Shown: positions 1 to 8,699 of the stretch, in pieces
Position numbering within the stretch: position 1 is the first letter of the stretch
Layout of the letters: each line of letters starts with the position of its first letter
Source of the DNA: an uncultured virus (IMG/VR IMGVR_UViG_3300021964_000046)
Lineage: Duplodnaviria > Heunggongvirae > Uroviricota > Caudoviricetes
Length of the DNA: 64,000 bases
Direction: 5' to 3' (one strand)
Virus record (IMG/VR): IMGVR_UViG_3300021964_000046
Made by a program: the position numbers and the translations under genes
Notes under the pieces: generated by a model
The model's input: only the letters and a program-made list of their open reading frames with translations
What the model was told of the DNA's origin: nothing
Database searches by the model: none

Positions 1-2
1 CA

Positions 3-698
3 CCAGCAGGCGGCGGCGAAACAGATGGTGGAGCAACAGCACAAGCAGGTGGTGGAGCAACAGCACAAGATGGAGCAACAGCACAAACAGGTGGTGGAGC
101 AACAGCACAAGATGGAGCAACAGCACAAACAGGTGGTGGAGCAACAGCACAAAGTGGCACAGATACTAAAGCAGGCGCAGATGGTGGTTCTAACGCGGAT
201 ACAGCGTCAACAAGCGGTGGTCAAGGTGGTGGTGCTACTGCTGGAGCAAAAGGCGAAAGACGTGCTACAAAAGACGAAATTGCTAAATGGGTTAAGAAAG
301 ATGCCGCACTTGTAGATAAGAATCCTGCACTTGATGGTGCTATCGAACCAGATAGAGATGGTAGAAATATTGGACTTGTTAGACAAGCAGACGGTGCAGA
401 TCATATTTGGGTAGGTCAGACATGGACAAATATGACAACTGGTAAAGCAGTAAGTGCTGACACACCGGGTTTAGGAAGACCAGATCTTGAAGAACTTGCT
501 AAAGAAATTCAAAAAGCAAACATTGCTAAACTTGTTAAAGATCAACTAACATCACCGGGTGTTCAAGCAAAAACTAAAGATGCTCAAATTACAAAACAAT
601 TAAAATCTAAAGCGGCAACAACTGCACCAGCACCGGGCGGTGCTAAAGCAGGAACAAGATTCCAAGACACTTCAAAACAAGGCGCTACCATTCAGTAA
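3..698 (+). CDS. 3' part of a hypothetical protein (start lies before the window) with a Gly/Ala/Thr low-complexity linker
   Basis: Frame 3 is open from base 3 to TAA 696-698 (PAGGGETDGGATAQAGGGATAQDG...RATKDEIAKWVKKD...MTTGKAVS...). The 432..698 track ORF is its C-terminus. Confidence 0.75.
   Translation, partial: PAGGGETDGGATAQAGGGATAQDGATAQTGGGATAQDGATAQTGGGATAQSGTDTKAGADGGSNADTASTSGGQGGGATAGAKGERRATKDEIAKWVKKDAALVDKNPALDGAIEPDRDGRNIGLVRQADGADHIWVGQTWTNMTTGKAVSADTPGLGRPDLEELAKEIQKANIAKLVKDQLTSPGVQAKTKDAQITKQLKSKAATTAPAPGGAKAGTRFQDTSKQGATIQ
30..152 (+). repeat. Coding tandem repeat: six copies of GGAGCAACAGCACAA (GATAQ) in a 42-bp higher-order unit
   Basis: Copies start at 30, 54, 72, 96, 114 and 138 (spacing 24/18/24/18/24), all in frame. 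Confidence 0.95.
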
Positions 699-935
699 TT
701 AAAAGAATGGTAATCCGGACTTCTTAGTTGTTTCAAGATTATCGTCGATAACTTTTTTAACAATTTCTCTGTCCTCTGGACCAAACTCATATGCTTCTGT
801 TAACGAAACGCCTCCACGCATATACCAAACAATTTTTAACGTATCATGTTTGATCTGTTTAGCATCGGCTTCGAGGCGTTTAATTTCCTTTAAGATTTGG
901 TCAAGAGGCAGACGTGCTATCGACGTGCGAAAAAA
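699..935 (-). CDS. gp51-like baseplate hub/tail assembly chaperone segment, probably made as a -1 frameshift extension of the upstream ORF
   Basis: Open frame FFRTSIARLPLDQILKEIKRLEADAKQIKHDTLKIVWYMRGGVSLTEAYEFGPEDREIVKKVIDDNLETTKKSGLPFF*. Its only ATG (821) is internal and has no SD. The frame opens at the slippery run at the end of 917..1816. Position matches the T4 gene 26-51 pair. Confidence 0.6.
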   Translation of the reverse strand, partial: FFRTSIARLPLDQILKEIKRLEADAKQIKHDTLKIVWYMRGGVSLTEAYEFGPEDREIVKKVIDDNLETTKKSGLPFF

Positions 936-1816
936 TTTGATTGATCAAACGAGATAGGTACTTCAAATTTTTCTGGAGCACCTGCTTTACGTTCCTCTTC
1001 ATCAGTAATAACTGTAAGTGGCTTGATGTTAAACTCGTTCTTCATTTTTTCAAGATGTGCTTTTACAGCCTCAAAAATTTCACCATCTGTTCCTTCAAAG
1101 AAATCTCTAATATGATTTACATTGGTAACTATATCTTCATTTTGAAACTGTATACTAACAACCTGTTGAACAACCATCTCTAAGTTGTGTTGTGTTAGTT
1201 TTTGAAAACTAACATTAAACTTCGCTAACTTTTCTTCTTCATTAAGTTCAGAGTCGTCAATTGATTTAACCATCCTCTGTTCTTCAAATGCCTTTAAAGC
1301 CGCTTGAGTAAACTGTAGATAATCACTTGGCTTTAACATAAATGTAAAACCATGACTATGAATACGGTCTTCCCAAACTCTTGTTTGCATAGTATCTAAA
1401 AGTTCAACTAAGTTAACTTGATATTCCTTTTCAATCTTTGTGTTTGGAATTTCAGTAGTAATTGTTAATGTTTCTCCATAGGTTGCAATTCTAATTGCAA
1501 CAAGGATTGCATCAAGATCCAAACTTGGAATTGCAAAACCATCTTTAATTGCTGGAATACAACTCTTAATCAGATTAACAGTTGATTGACCGTTAATAAG
1601 TGCGTCTGGAGTTTTCAAGACCAATTCGTCTTTTGCGGTCATTGAATAGACTGGCAACTCACCGTTTTCAGGCATATCAATTGAACCTTCCGGCCAATAC
1701 TTGCCGCCTGTAGGCAATCTAAGATAGATCTTAGGCTGTCTAAAGTGTTTTGCCAGCGGGTTTTGACCTTGAGGCTGAATTGGTATAGGGCCTCGTGGTG
1801 TATTATTTTCTGCCAT
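917..1816 (-). CDS. T4 gp26-like baseplate hub assembly protein / tail assembly chaperone
   Basis: N-terminal LPTGG...PVYSMTAKDELVL...DLDAILVAIRIATYGE motif and C-terminal NFF are typical of T4-like gp26 homologs. SD AGGAG upstream; adjacent to the tape measure gene. Confidence 0.7.
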   Translation of the reverse strand: MAENNTPRGPIPIQPQGQNPLAKHFRQPKIYLRLPTGGKYWPEGSIDMPENGELPVYSMTAKDELVLKTPDALINGQSTVNLIKSCIPAIKDGFAIPSLDLDAILVAIRIATYGETLTITTEIPNTKIEKEYQVNLVELLDTMQTRVWEDRIHSHGFTFMLKPSDYLQFTQAALKAFEEQRMVKSIDDSELNEEEKLAKFNVSFQKLTQHNLEMVVQQVVSIQFQNEDIVTNVNHIRDFFEGTDGEIFEAVKAHLEKMKNEFNIKPLTVITDEEERKAGAPEKFEVPISFDQSNFFARR

Positions 1817-1829
1817 TTTTTTCTCCTGC

Positions 1830-1835
1830 TAAATA
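1830..1835 (+). promoter_or_regulatory. T4-type late promoter core (TAAATA) for the tape measure/portal operon
   Basis: CTAAATAG in the intergenic gap; the same hexamer recurs before most structural genes. Confidence 0.55.
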
Positions 1836-1848
1836 GTATTAGCACATA

Positions 1849-1856
1849 TATTTATA
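1849..1856 (-). promoter_or_regulatory. T4 late promoter TATAAATA for the gp26-like gene
   Basis: Exact TATAAATA on the minus strand 32 nt upstream of ATG 1816. Confidence 0.7.
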
Positions 1857-1883
1857 GTGTATGATAAAGTGAGTACTTAATTA

Positions 1884-4337
1884 ATGGCAGTTCAGGTAGA
1901 TATACCAGGTTTTGGCGTCGTAGAAGCAAAAAACGCGGCCGAAGAATCAACAATGAAGGAAATACTTCGTGCCTTACAAGGCAAGGGGAGTAGTTCTCGC
2001 GGCGGCGCAGGCGGTGCCGGTGGTGGTGGTGGTGCTGGCGCACAAGGCGGCATGGCTGGCGTTATGCAAAAAGCATCAAAAAGCACAGGAAAATACACTG
2101 CCGAAATAAACAACACAACAACTGCACTCCAAGATTTTGGAAGAGGTCTAAAAATGATAGGCGGCATGGTTTCCGGCGCATTTGGAATGGCCGCTACAAG
2201 TGCCCAAGGGTTAGCAATGGAATTAATTTCCGGTGGTAACAGAATGTCAGACTTTCTTCAGCATATTCCTATTGTTGGAAATGCACTTGGTGGATTAACA
2301 AGTATGTTAGAAGGACAGGTTGATAATTTTAGAGACTTATCAGAAGTTGGTGCAGGTTTTGGTAACAGCGTTTTAGGATTAACCAGAGCGGCAACTGATG
2401 CTGGTATGGGTGTAGCACAGTTTTCAGAATTTGTAGGACAAAATTCACAAAACATGATGCTATTAGGAGGCACAACCACAGAAGGTGCAAAACAGTTTGG
2501 ACAACTAACAAGACAGATAAGAAATAGTAACAAAGATTTCCAGGGCATGGGTTTCACTTTTGAGGCTCTTAACGAACACACTGTAGAATACATGGATCAG
2601 TTGGCAATGCAGGGCAGACTGTCTGGCATGAGTCAAGACCAATTAAGAAAAGGCAGTGAAGATTATTTAATGCAGATTGATAGACTTGCAAAAGTTACAG
2701 GTAAGTCGCGTAAAGAAGCAGAAGCACTGTTAAAGAAACAAAGTGCTGAAGCAAACGTACAGGTTATGGCAAGTAAACTGTCTGGCAAAGCATTAGAAAA
2801 CTTTCAAAGTAATATTGCGTTTGTTGATTCAGAACTTCCTGGTTTCAGTAACGCAATCAAAGACATGGCAGACGGTGTAGCACAAACACCACTTGCACAA
2901 AAACTTGCTTCAACAATTCCAGGATTCCAAGATTTGCAAGTACAAATGGCCAACGGTAGTTTGAGCCAAGAAGAATATGCCAAGAAGATGGCGGCGTTTG
3001 GTCCACAGATTAACGACTTTGTTAAATCAATGGATCCTGCTATGGTTCAATCATTAATGGGTAAAGACGGCTTTGGCGAAATGATGAGCGGTATGGCAGA
3101 ATACAACAAGTTCTCAACAAAATACAGAGATGCCGACTTTAAGAAAATGGCTGAAGAACAAAAAGAACGTGACAAGATGACCAAACAACTTGCAAACTTT
3201 GAAACAAAGATTGCTGAGATTAGAGCAAAGATTATGAAAGCCTTGCTCGACAGCGGTGTTCTTGATAAATTAGGCGACAAGTTTGGTGATCTACTAAAAT
3301 GGTTTACTGATAACGGTGAAGGTTTAACAGATTCTATTGGCAAGGTAATGGAAGATGCCCTTGTATATATTGACGAGTTCGCAGGGTTCTTAAAAGATGC
3401 TTGGAAAGCGGCCGATGGCGATTTGGGTAAATTCTTTTCAACGATCTGGGAAGAAAAACTTGCTCCAGCATTGTCAAGGGCAATGGCAAGTATTGGTAAA
3501 ATTTTTGGAAGTTGGTTTGGAGATTTCTTTACTAAACACATTGGAAAATTAATTGCTGGTACTATTGGAGCCTTAGCAGGAATAGTTGTAACCAAACTCG
3601 TTGTCGGATTGTTAGGCACTATTGTAGGAGCCATCGTGGGTCCAATTATAGCACCATTCCTTGCAATTGGTTTGGCATTGGCGGCAATCTTTGGTTGGGA
3701 AACAATTAAAAGTTGGGTAGGCGAAGCATTAGATATGATGTTCTATGTTTTTGAAAAAATAGGTGATATGTTTTCGTGGATATGGGAAAAGGTACAAGGT
3801 CCGATTAAATTTATTTGGAGTATATACTCGACAATGTTTGGATGGATAGGTGATACTTTTAGTTGGATATACGAGAAAGTAAAAGGTCCAATTACCACAA
3901 TCTACAATGTTATTAGCGGAATGTTTGGATGGATTGGTGATACTGTAGATTGGATTTGGGGTAAAATTAAAGCATTGAATCCATTTAGTTGGTTTGGTAG
4001 CGACGATGATGAAGACGAAGCAGAAGCAAAAATTGCCGAAGGAAAAGATAGAACAGTAGGATTATCAGCAGAAGAAAAAGCAAAATTGGACGGATATGGT
4101 CCAGAGCAAGTTACAGCCGCTATAATGCCAGACGCTCCGTCGGTTACAAACACAAGCGGTGATACTACTATGCCAGACTTTTCACAAAGTACCAGTTCGG
4201 GCGGTGAGACAGCAACTGCAAATGTAAATAATAGTAATGCATTGGCTGAATTGATATATGAACAAAATAAAATACTTAAGGCTCAATTAAGTGCAATTAA
4301 GGGTCTACAAGGTAATTTATTGAAAGGATTAGGATAA
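1884..4337 (+). CDS. Tail tape measure protein
   Basis: 817 aa, mostly helical and Ala/Gly/Gln-rich, with a hydrophobic segment (LIAGTIGALAGIVV...AAIFGW) and periodic aromatic repeats (FSWIWEKV, FGWIGDTFSWIYEKV, FGWIGDTVDWIWGKI). Confidence 0.75.
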   Translation: MAVQVDIPGFGVVEAKNAAEESTMKEILRALQGKGSSSRGGAGGAGGGGGAGAQGGMAGVMQKASKSTGKYTAEINNTTTALQDFGRGLKMIGGMVSGAFGMAATSAQGLAMELISGGNRMSDFLQHIPIVGNALGGLTSMLEGQVDNFRDLSEVGAGFGNSVLGLTRAATDAGMGVAQFSEFVGQNSQNMMLLGGTTTEGAKQFGQLTRQIRNSNKDFQGMGFTFEALNEHTVEYMDQLAMQGRLSGMSQDQLRKGSEDYLMQIDRLAKVTGKSRKEAEALLKKQSAEANVQVMASKLSGKALENFQSNIAFVDSELPGFSNAIKDMADGVAQTPLAQKLASTIPGFQDLQVQMANGSLSQEEYAKKMAAFGPQINDFVKSMDPAMVQSLMGKDGFGEMMSGMAEYNKFSTKYRDADFKKMAEEQKERDKMTKQLANFETKIAEIRAKIMKALLDSGVLDKLGDKFGDLLKWFTDNGEGLTDSIGKVMEDALVYIDEFAGFLKDAWKAADGDLGKFFSTIWEEKLAPALSRAMASIGKIFGSWFGDFFTKHIGKLIAGTIGALAGIVVTKLVVGLLGTIVGAIVGPIIAPFLAIGLALAAIFGWETIKSWVGEALDMMFYVFEKIGDMFSWIWEKVQGPIKFIWSIYSTMFGWIGDTFSWIYEKVKGPITTIYNVISGMFGWIGDTVDWIWGKIKALNPFSWFGSDDDEDEAEAKIAEGKDRTVGLSAEEKAKLDGYGPEQVTAAIMPDAPSVTNTSGDTTMPDFSQSTSSGGETATANVNNSNALAELIYEQNKILKAQLSAIKGLQGNLLKGLG

Positions 4338-4338
4338 T

Positions 4339-6096
4339 ATGAGTTGGAAAAGATACTTTACAAACGTACCAACTGCTGACAACAGTATGGGCACAATGAG
4401 TCCATTTAGTGGTCGCGGTGGTGCAGAACCTGGTCCTGCTCGTTCAAATTATTCAAGTTATCTTCCAGACGTATATGTTGGATCACCAAATCGTGTTGAA
4501 CGATATGGTCAATATAATGTAATGGATAATGATTCTGAAGTCAATGCGGCTTTGGATATTCTTGCAGAGTTTTGCTCTCAAAAAAATCCTGCTAACCACA
4601 CAAGTTTCAATTTACACTTTAATAACAAAGCAACAAATACCGAAGTTAAAATATTAAGCCAATACCTACAACAATGGAGTAAATTACAAAAGTTTGATAC
4701 TAAGATGTTTCGTATCTTACGTAATGTATTCAAATACGGAGATGCATTCTTTGTAAGAGATCCAGAAACTAAAAAATGGTATTATGTTGATCCTGCAAAA
4801 GTTTCTCGTATTATTGTAAATGAATCAGAAGGCAAAAAACCAGAACAGTATATCATTAAAGATATTAATTTTAACTTTAGAGATCAAGTAATTACCGATC
4901 CTTATGTTACATCAGGAAACGTAACAGGCGGTGGCGCTTCACAACCTGCTACAGGTTATCAAAGTGGTGGTGCACAAGGTATGGTAGGAAATACTGGAAC
5001 TTCACAGGCAGGTTCAAGATTCCAAACAGGACAAAGAGAATTTGCAATTGATGCTGAACACGTTGTACACTTATCATTATCAGAAGGATTAGACAACAAC
5101 TATCCATTTGGTAATTCACTATTAGAATCTATTTTTAAAGTTTACAAACAAAAAGAATTACTTGAAGATGCTATTATTATATACAGAACACAGAGAGCAC
5201 CAGAAAGACGTGTGTTCTATATTGACGTAGGTAATATGCCATCACACTTAGCAATGCAGTTTGTCGAACGTGTGAAAACAGAAATTCATCAAAGACGTAT
5301 TCCAAGTAGCACAGGTGGTTCTACGAGTGTTGTTGATAGTGCATATAATCCACTGTCAACTAACGAAGATTACTTCTTTCCACAAACAGCAGAAGGTAGA
5401 GGATCTAAAGTTGAAACATTACCGGGCGGTACTAACTTAGGTGAGATTGATGATCTTAAATATTTTACAAACAAACTATTAAGAGGGTTACGTATACCAA
5501 GTTCTTACTTGCCAAGTGCGGCACAAGACGAAGGACAAAGTCAATACAACGATGGTAGAGTTGGCACAGCATATATTCAAGAACTACGTTTTAACAAGTA
5601 CTGCGAACGTTTACAAAATCTTATTACAGAAGAATTTAACCAAGAGTTCAAACGTTATTTGTTAGAAAAAGGTGTTAATATTGATATTAGTATGTTCGAT
5701 CTTAAGATTGAACCACCTATGAATTTTGCAAGTTACAGACAATCAGAACTTGATAATGTTAGAATTCCTACATTTACACAAATCCAAGCAATTCCGTTTT
5801 TATCAAATCGTTATGCAATGAAACGTTTCTTAGGTTTAAGCGAAGAAGAGATCGCAGAAAACGAACGTATGTGGCGTGAAGAAAATGATGAAAATCTTAA
5901 ACCATTACCAACTGATGCCGCAGGCGAAATGCGTGGTGTTGGTATTAGTGGTGCAGGAATGGACGCAGACATGGGCGGCATGGAAGATGTTGATCCTGAA
6001 GCAGAACCAGCACCAGTTGATGGCGGCGCAGGCGCGGCACCTGATACAACAACAGGTACACCTCCAGTAGACGGCGGAGAAGCACCTCCAGCATAA
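4339..6096 (+). CDS. gp20: Portal protein, T4 gp20 family
   Basis: LLEDAIIIYRTQRAPERRVFYIDVGNMP, EDYFFP..EGRGSKVETLPGG.NLGEIDD..YF...L.RGLRIP.S, ELRFNKYCERLQ. Confidence 0.95.
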   Translation: MSWKRYFTNVPTADNSMGTMSPFSGRGGAEPGPARSNYSSYLPDVYVGSPNRVERYGQYNVMDNDSEVNAALDILAEFCSQKNPANHTSFNLHFNNKATNTEVKILSQYLQQWSKLQKFDTKMFRILRNVFKYGDAFFVRDPETKKWYYVDPAKVSRIIVNESEGKKPEQYIIKDINFNFRDQVITDPYVTSGNVTGGGASQPATGYQSGGAQGMVGNTGTSQAGSRFQTGQREFAIDAEHVVHLSLSEGLDNNYPFGNSLLESIFKVYKQKELLEDAIIIYRTQRAPERRVFYIDVGNMPSHLAMQFVERVKTEIHQRRIPSSTGGSTSVVDSAYNPLSTNEDYFFPQTAEGRGSKVETLPGGTNLGEIDDLKYFTNKLLRGLRIPSSYLPSAAQDEGQSQYNDGRVGTAYIQELRFNKYCERLQNLITEEFNQEFKRYLLEKGVNIDISMFDLKIEPPMNFASYRQSELDNVRIPTFTQIQAIPFLSNRYAMKRFLGLSEEEIAENERMWREENDENLKPLPTDAAGEMRGVGISGAGMDADMGGMEDVDPEAEPAPVDGGAGAAPDTTTGTPPVDGGEAPPA

Positions 6097-6102
6097 TAGG
6101 AC

Positions 6103-6108
6103 TAAATA
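6103..6108 (+). promoter_or_regulatory. Late promoter core TAAATA, 5 nt before ATG
   Basis: TAAATA-GTAAT-ATG(6114). Confidence 0.6.
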
Positions 6109-6113
6109 GTAAT

Positions 6114-6353
6114 ATGATATTGAGAGAATTATTTTATTTTGACAAAGAAACTTTAGAGCCGGTTGAGGACAAGTCCTACGATCCGCAAGACGATGAGTCT
6201 GTAATTAAAGTAGATGATACTCGCAAAACAAGATTAACACTCCGTCAGATTAACAAAGCACGTAGAGCATCAGAATTTCACAATGAAGAAAATCAAAAAG
6301 AACTTCATTTTGTAAGACAGATGTATGGTATCGCCGCACAACCTGAAGTTTAA
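6114..6353 (+). CDS. Small head-region protein (position of T4 prohead core genes 67/68)
   Basis: 79 aa directly after portal, with its own TAAATA motif and a basic TRKTRLTLRQINKARR segment. Function inferred from position only. Confidence 0.6.
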   Translation: MILRELFYFDKETLEPVEDKSYDPQDDESVIKVDDTRKTRLTLRQINKARRASEFHNEENQKELHFVRQMYGIAAQPEV

Positions 6354-6366
6354 GGGAGTTTAACAA

Positions 6367-6963
6367 ATGTCAACGGCGTTTGTTGTTGGTAACGGCACCA
6401 GCAGAAAAACAATCAACTTACAACCTCTAAGAAACATCGGACACATTTACGGTTGCAACGCTCTTTACAGAGAGTTTGAACCTGATCACCTTGTTGCTGT
6501 TGATGCTAAAATGATATTAGAAATAGCAAAAACAGGCTGGCAAAAGAAACATAAAGTATATACAAACCACAATAAAATGTTTGCAGATATACAAAATCTT
6601 AAAATCCTAAATCCGTCTAAAGGATGGAGTTCGGGTCCTACAGCGTTGGACTTAGCAACAGAACACGGCAACGAAACAATGTATATTTTAGGCTTCGATT
6701 TTAAAGGTACTACAGGCTCGGGTAAAGCAGGAGACCTTGTAAATAACCTATATGCAGGCACTTTTAACTACAAAAGACCAACAGATCCTGCAACATACTT
6801 TGGCAACTGGGAACGACAAGTTGGCATTATATTGCAAAGAAATAGCAAAAAAAGATATATAAGAGTAGTAGAAGAAGGAGACATTTTCGTACCTAAAAGT
6901 TTACAAAAATTCTCAAACCTATCACATATTACAGTTGAAGAATTCAAGAAAAACTTCAACTAA
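6367..6963 (+). CDS. GNGxS-motif glycosyltransferase-like protein (CstII/GT42 or Maf/MptE-like fold)
   Basis: AFVVGNGTS, IYGCNALYR, LVAVD, SSGPTA and MYILGFDF motifs match the pattern of CMP-sugar transferase/Maf-like proteins. Confidence 0.55.
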   Translation: MSTAFVVGNGTSRKTINLQPLRNIGHIYGCNALYREFEPDHLVAVDAKMILEIAKTGWQKKHKVYTNHNKMFADIQNLKILNPSKGWSSGPTALDLATEHGNETMYILGFDFKGTTGSGKAGDLVNNLYAGTFNYKRPTDPATYFGNWERQVGIILQRNSKKRYIRVVEEGDIFVPKSLQKFSNLSHITVEEFKKNFN

Positions 6964-7079
6964 TCACATTCGGGTTTCAAAATACTACGTTTTGAGCCTG
7001 TTTTCCACGTATATTTCCAATTATATGTAAATATTATTGACAGCCTTACCATATATAAAACATTACAGGAGGTACCAAA

Positions 7080-8051
7080 ATGGCAGATCGTAACAAATTC
7101 GAGGAAATGCTCGAAAAATTGGTTAACGAAGATCGCAAAGGTGCAGAAGAACTGTTCCACGAGATCGTAGTTGAAAAATCAAGAACAATTTATGAAAATC
7201 TACTTGAAGATGACATGGAAGACTTAGACGTCAACGAAGCATCTAAAGATGACGAAGAAGACGACAAAGACGAAGATGAAAAAGAAGTAGATGAAGCATC
7301 AGATAATGATGACGAAGAAACTAACGAAGCAACTGACGAAGATGAAAAAACTGACGAGTCTAAAGACGAAGAAGTAGACGAAGCATCTAAAGACGAAGAA
7401 GTTGCTGAGGAAATTCCAACAGAATTAACACCAGAAGGTGATGACGACATGGGCGGTGATCCAGCAGACGATATGATGGCTGACATCGAAGATGGCGACG
7501 ATGAAGACAAGCCAGAAGGCGATGAAGAAATCGAAGACCGTGTTGTAGACCTTGAAGACGCACTTGACGACCTTAAAGCCGAATTTGAAAAAATGATGGG
7601 CGACAAAGGTGAAGAAGGCGACGAAGGTGAAGAAGACTCAGAAGCACCAATGGATGACATGGGTGACGAAGAGAAGGAAGACGAGGCATTTGAGCCTGCT
7701 TCCGAACTTAGCGTAGACGAAGTACCAGCATTTGAAGGTACAAAGTCTCAGACAGAGCAAATGCGTGAGTACGTAGAAAAAGTTGCTGAGCCAAAAGGCG
7801 AAGATAACAAAGCGAAATCACCAGTTGCTGGCAAAAATGACATGGGTGGCACAACAGCAAATATTGCTAAAGGTTCAGCAGAAGAAAAAGGCGGAACTGG
7901 TGCAAGTGCTCCTAAAGAAGAAAACGCAGGGAACGTAAACGTACCAGGCGGAAAGGCTTCTAAGTCAATGTCAAACGCTAAAGGCCATGGCGCAGAGAAA
8001 AAAGGCGCAGGCGAAACTGGAGCCGATGGTAAAAGCATCATTGGTTCTTAA
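7080..8051 (+). CDS. Highly acidic prohead core / internal scaffold protein
   Basis: 323 aa, extremely D/E-rich, between portal and protease. Strong SD AGGAGG, TAAATA at 7028-7033, repeated xxE-A/S motifs. Confidence 0.65.
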   Translation: MADRNKFEEMLEKLVNEDRKGAEELFHEIVVEKSRTIYENLLEDDMEDLDVNEASKDDEEDDKDEDEKEVDEASDNDDEETNEATDEDEKTDESKDEEVDEASKDEEVAEEIPTELTPEGDDDMGGDPADDMMADIEDGDDEDKPEGDEEIEDRVVDLEDALDDLKAEFEKMMGDKGEEGDEGEEDSEAPMDDMGDEEKEDEAFEPASELSVDEVPAFEGTKSQTEQMREYVEKVAEPKGEDNKAKSPVAGKNDMGGTTANIAKGSAEEKGGTGASAPKEENAGNVNVPGGKASKSMSNAKGHGAEKKGAGETGADGKSIIGS

Positions 8052-8068
8052 TAGTTGAGGATTATTAA

Positions 8069-8689
8069 GTGATTAACTTATTACGTGAGAACTTGACATT
8101 CGACCAGGCGAAGATCGTTCTGGAATCTACTGAAGACGGCAAAGACCTTCATTTAAAAGGTATTTGTATCCAAGGGGGTGTACGCAATGCAAACCAGCGT
8201 GTGTATCCTGTTAGTGAAATCAGTAGGGCTGTCAACACTCTTAACGATCAGATAAGCGGTGGATATTCAGTACTCGGCGAAGTAGATCACCCAGAAGGAC
8301 TCAACATTAACCTTGACCGTGTGTCCCACATGATGAAAGAAATGTGGATGGATGGACCTAACGGTTATGGCAAGATGAAAATATTACCAACACCGATGGG
8401 ACAACTGGTTAAAACAATGCTGGAAAGCGGAGTTAAACTGGGCGTCTCATCACGTGGTAGTGGAAACGTAAACGAGGACAACAATGTGAGTGATTTCGAA
8501 ATTATCACAGTTGATATTGTTGCTCAACCATCTGCTCCTGGTGCATATCCAACACCAATTTACGAGCATTTGATGAATACCCCAGGCGGTATGCAGGCAT
8601 TTAATATGGCTCGCGAAGTTCAAGGCGACGCAAAGGCACAAAAGTATTTGAAAGAATCACTTGTACATATTATACAAGGATTGAAATAA
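8069..8689 (+). CDS. gp21: Prohead protease, T4 gp21 family
   Basis: GICIQGGVRNANQRVYP, LGEVDHP, INLDRVSH, ILPTPMG, GVSSRGSG, DIVAQPSAPGAY. Confidence 0.95.
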   Translation: MINLLRENLTFDQAKIVLESTEDGKDLHLKGICIQGGVRNANQRVYPVSEISRAVNTLNDQISGGYSVLGEVDHPEGLNINLDRVSHMMKEMWMDGPNGYGKMKILPTPMGQLVKTMLESGVKLGVSSRGSGNVNEDNNVSDFEIITVDIVAQPSAPGAYPTPIYEHLMNTPGGMQAFNMAREVQGDAKAQKYLKESLVHIIQGLK

Positions 8690-8699
8690 GGAGAACAAG

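Noticed and set aside
30..152. CRISPR-like repeat array
   Set aside because: 15-bp units with 3- or 9-bp non-unique spacers, in frame within a CDS; a coding minisatellite.
25..315. Track ORF MVEQQHKQ... (96 aa)
   Set aside because: Alternative-frame shadow of the repeat; frame 3 is continuous to 698 and has normal codon usage.
7037..7065. TTGACA as a sigma70 -35 box
   Set aside because: No credible -10 at 16-18 nt; TAAATA at 7028 explains expression.
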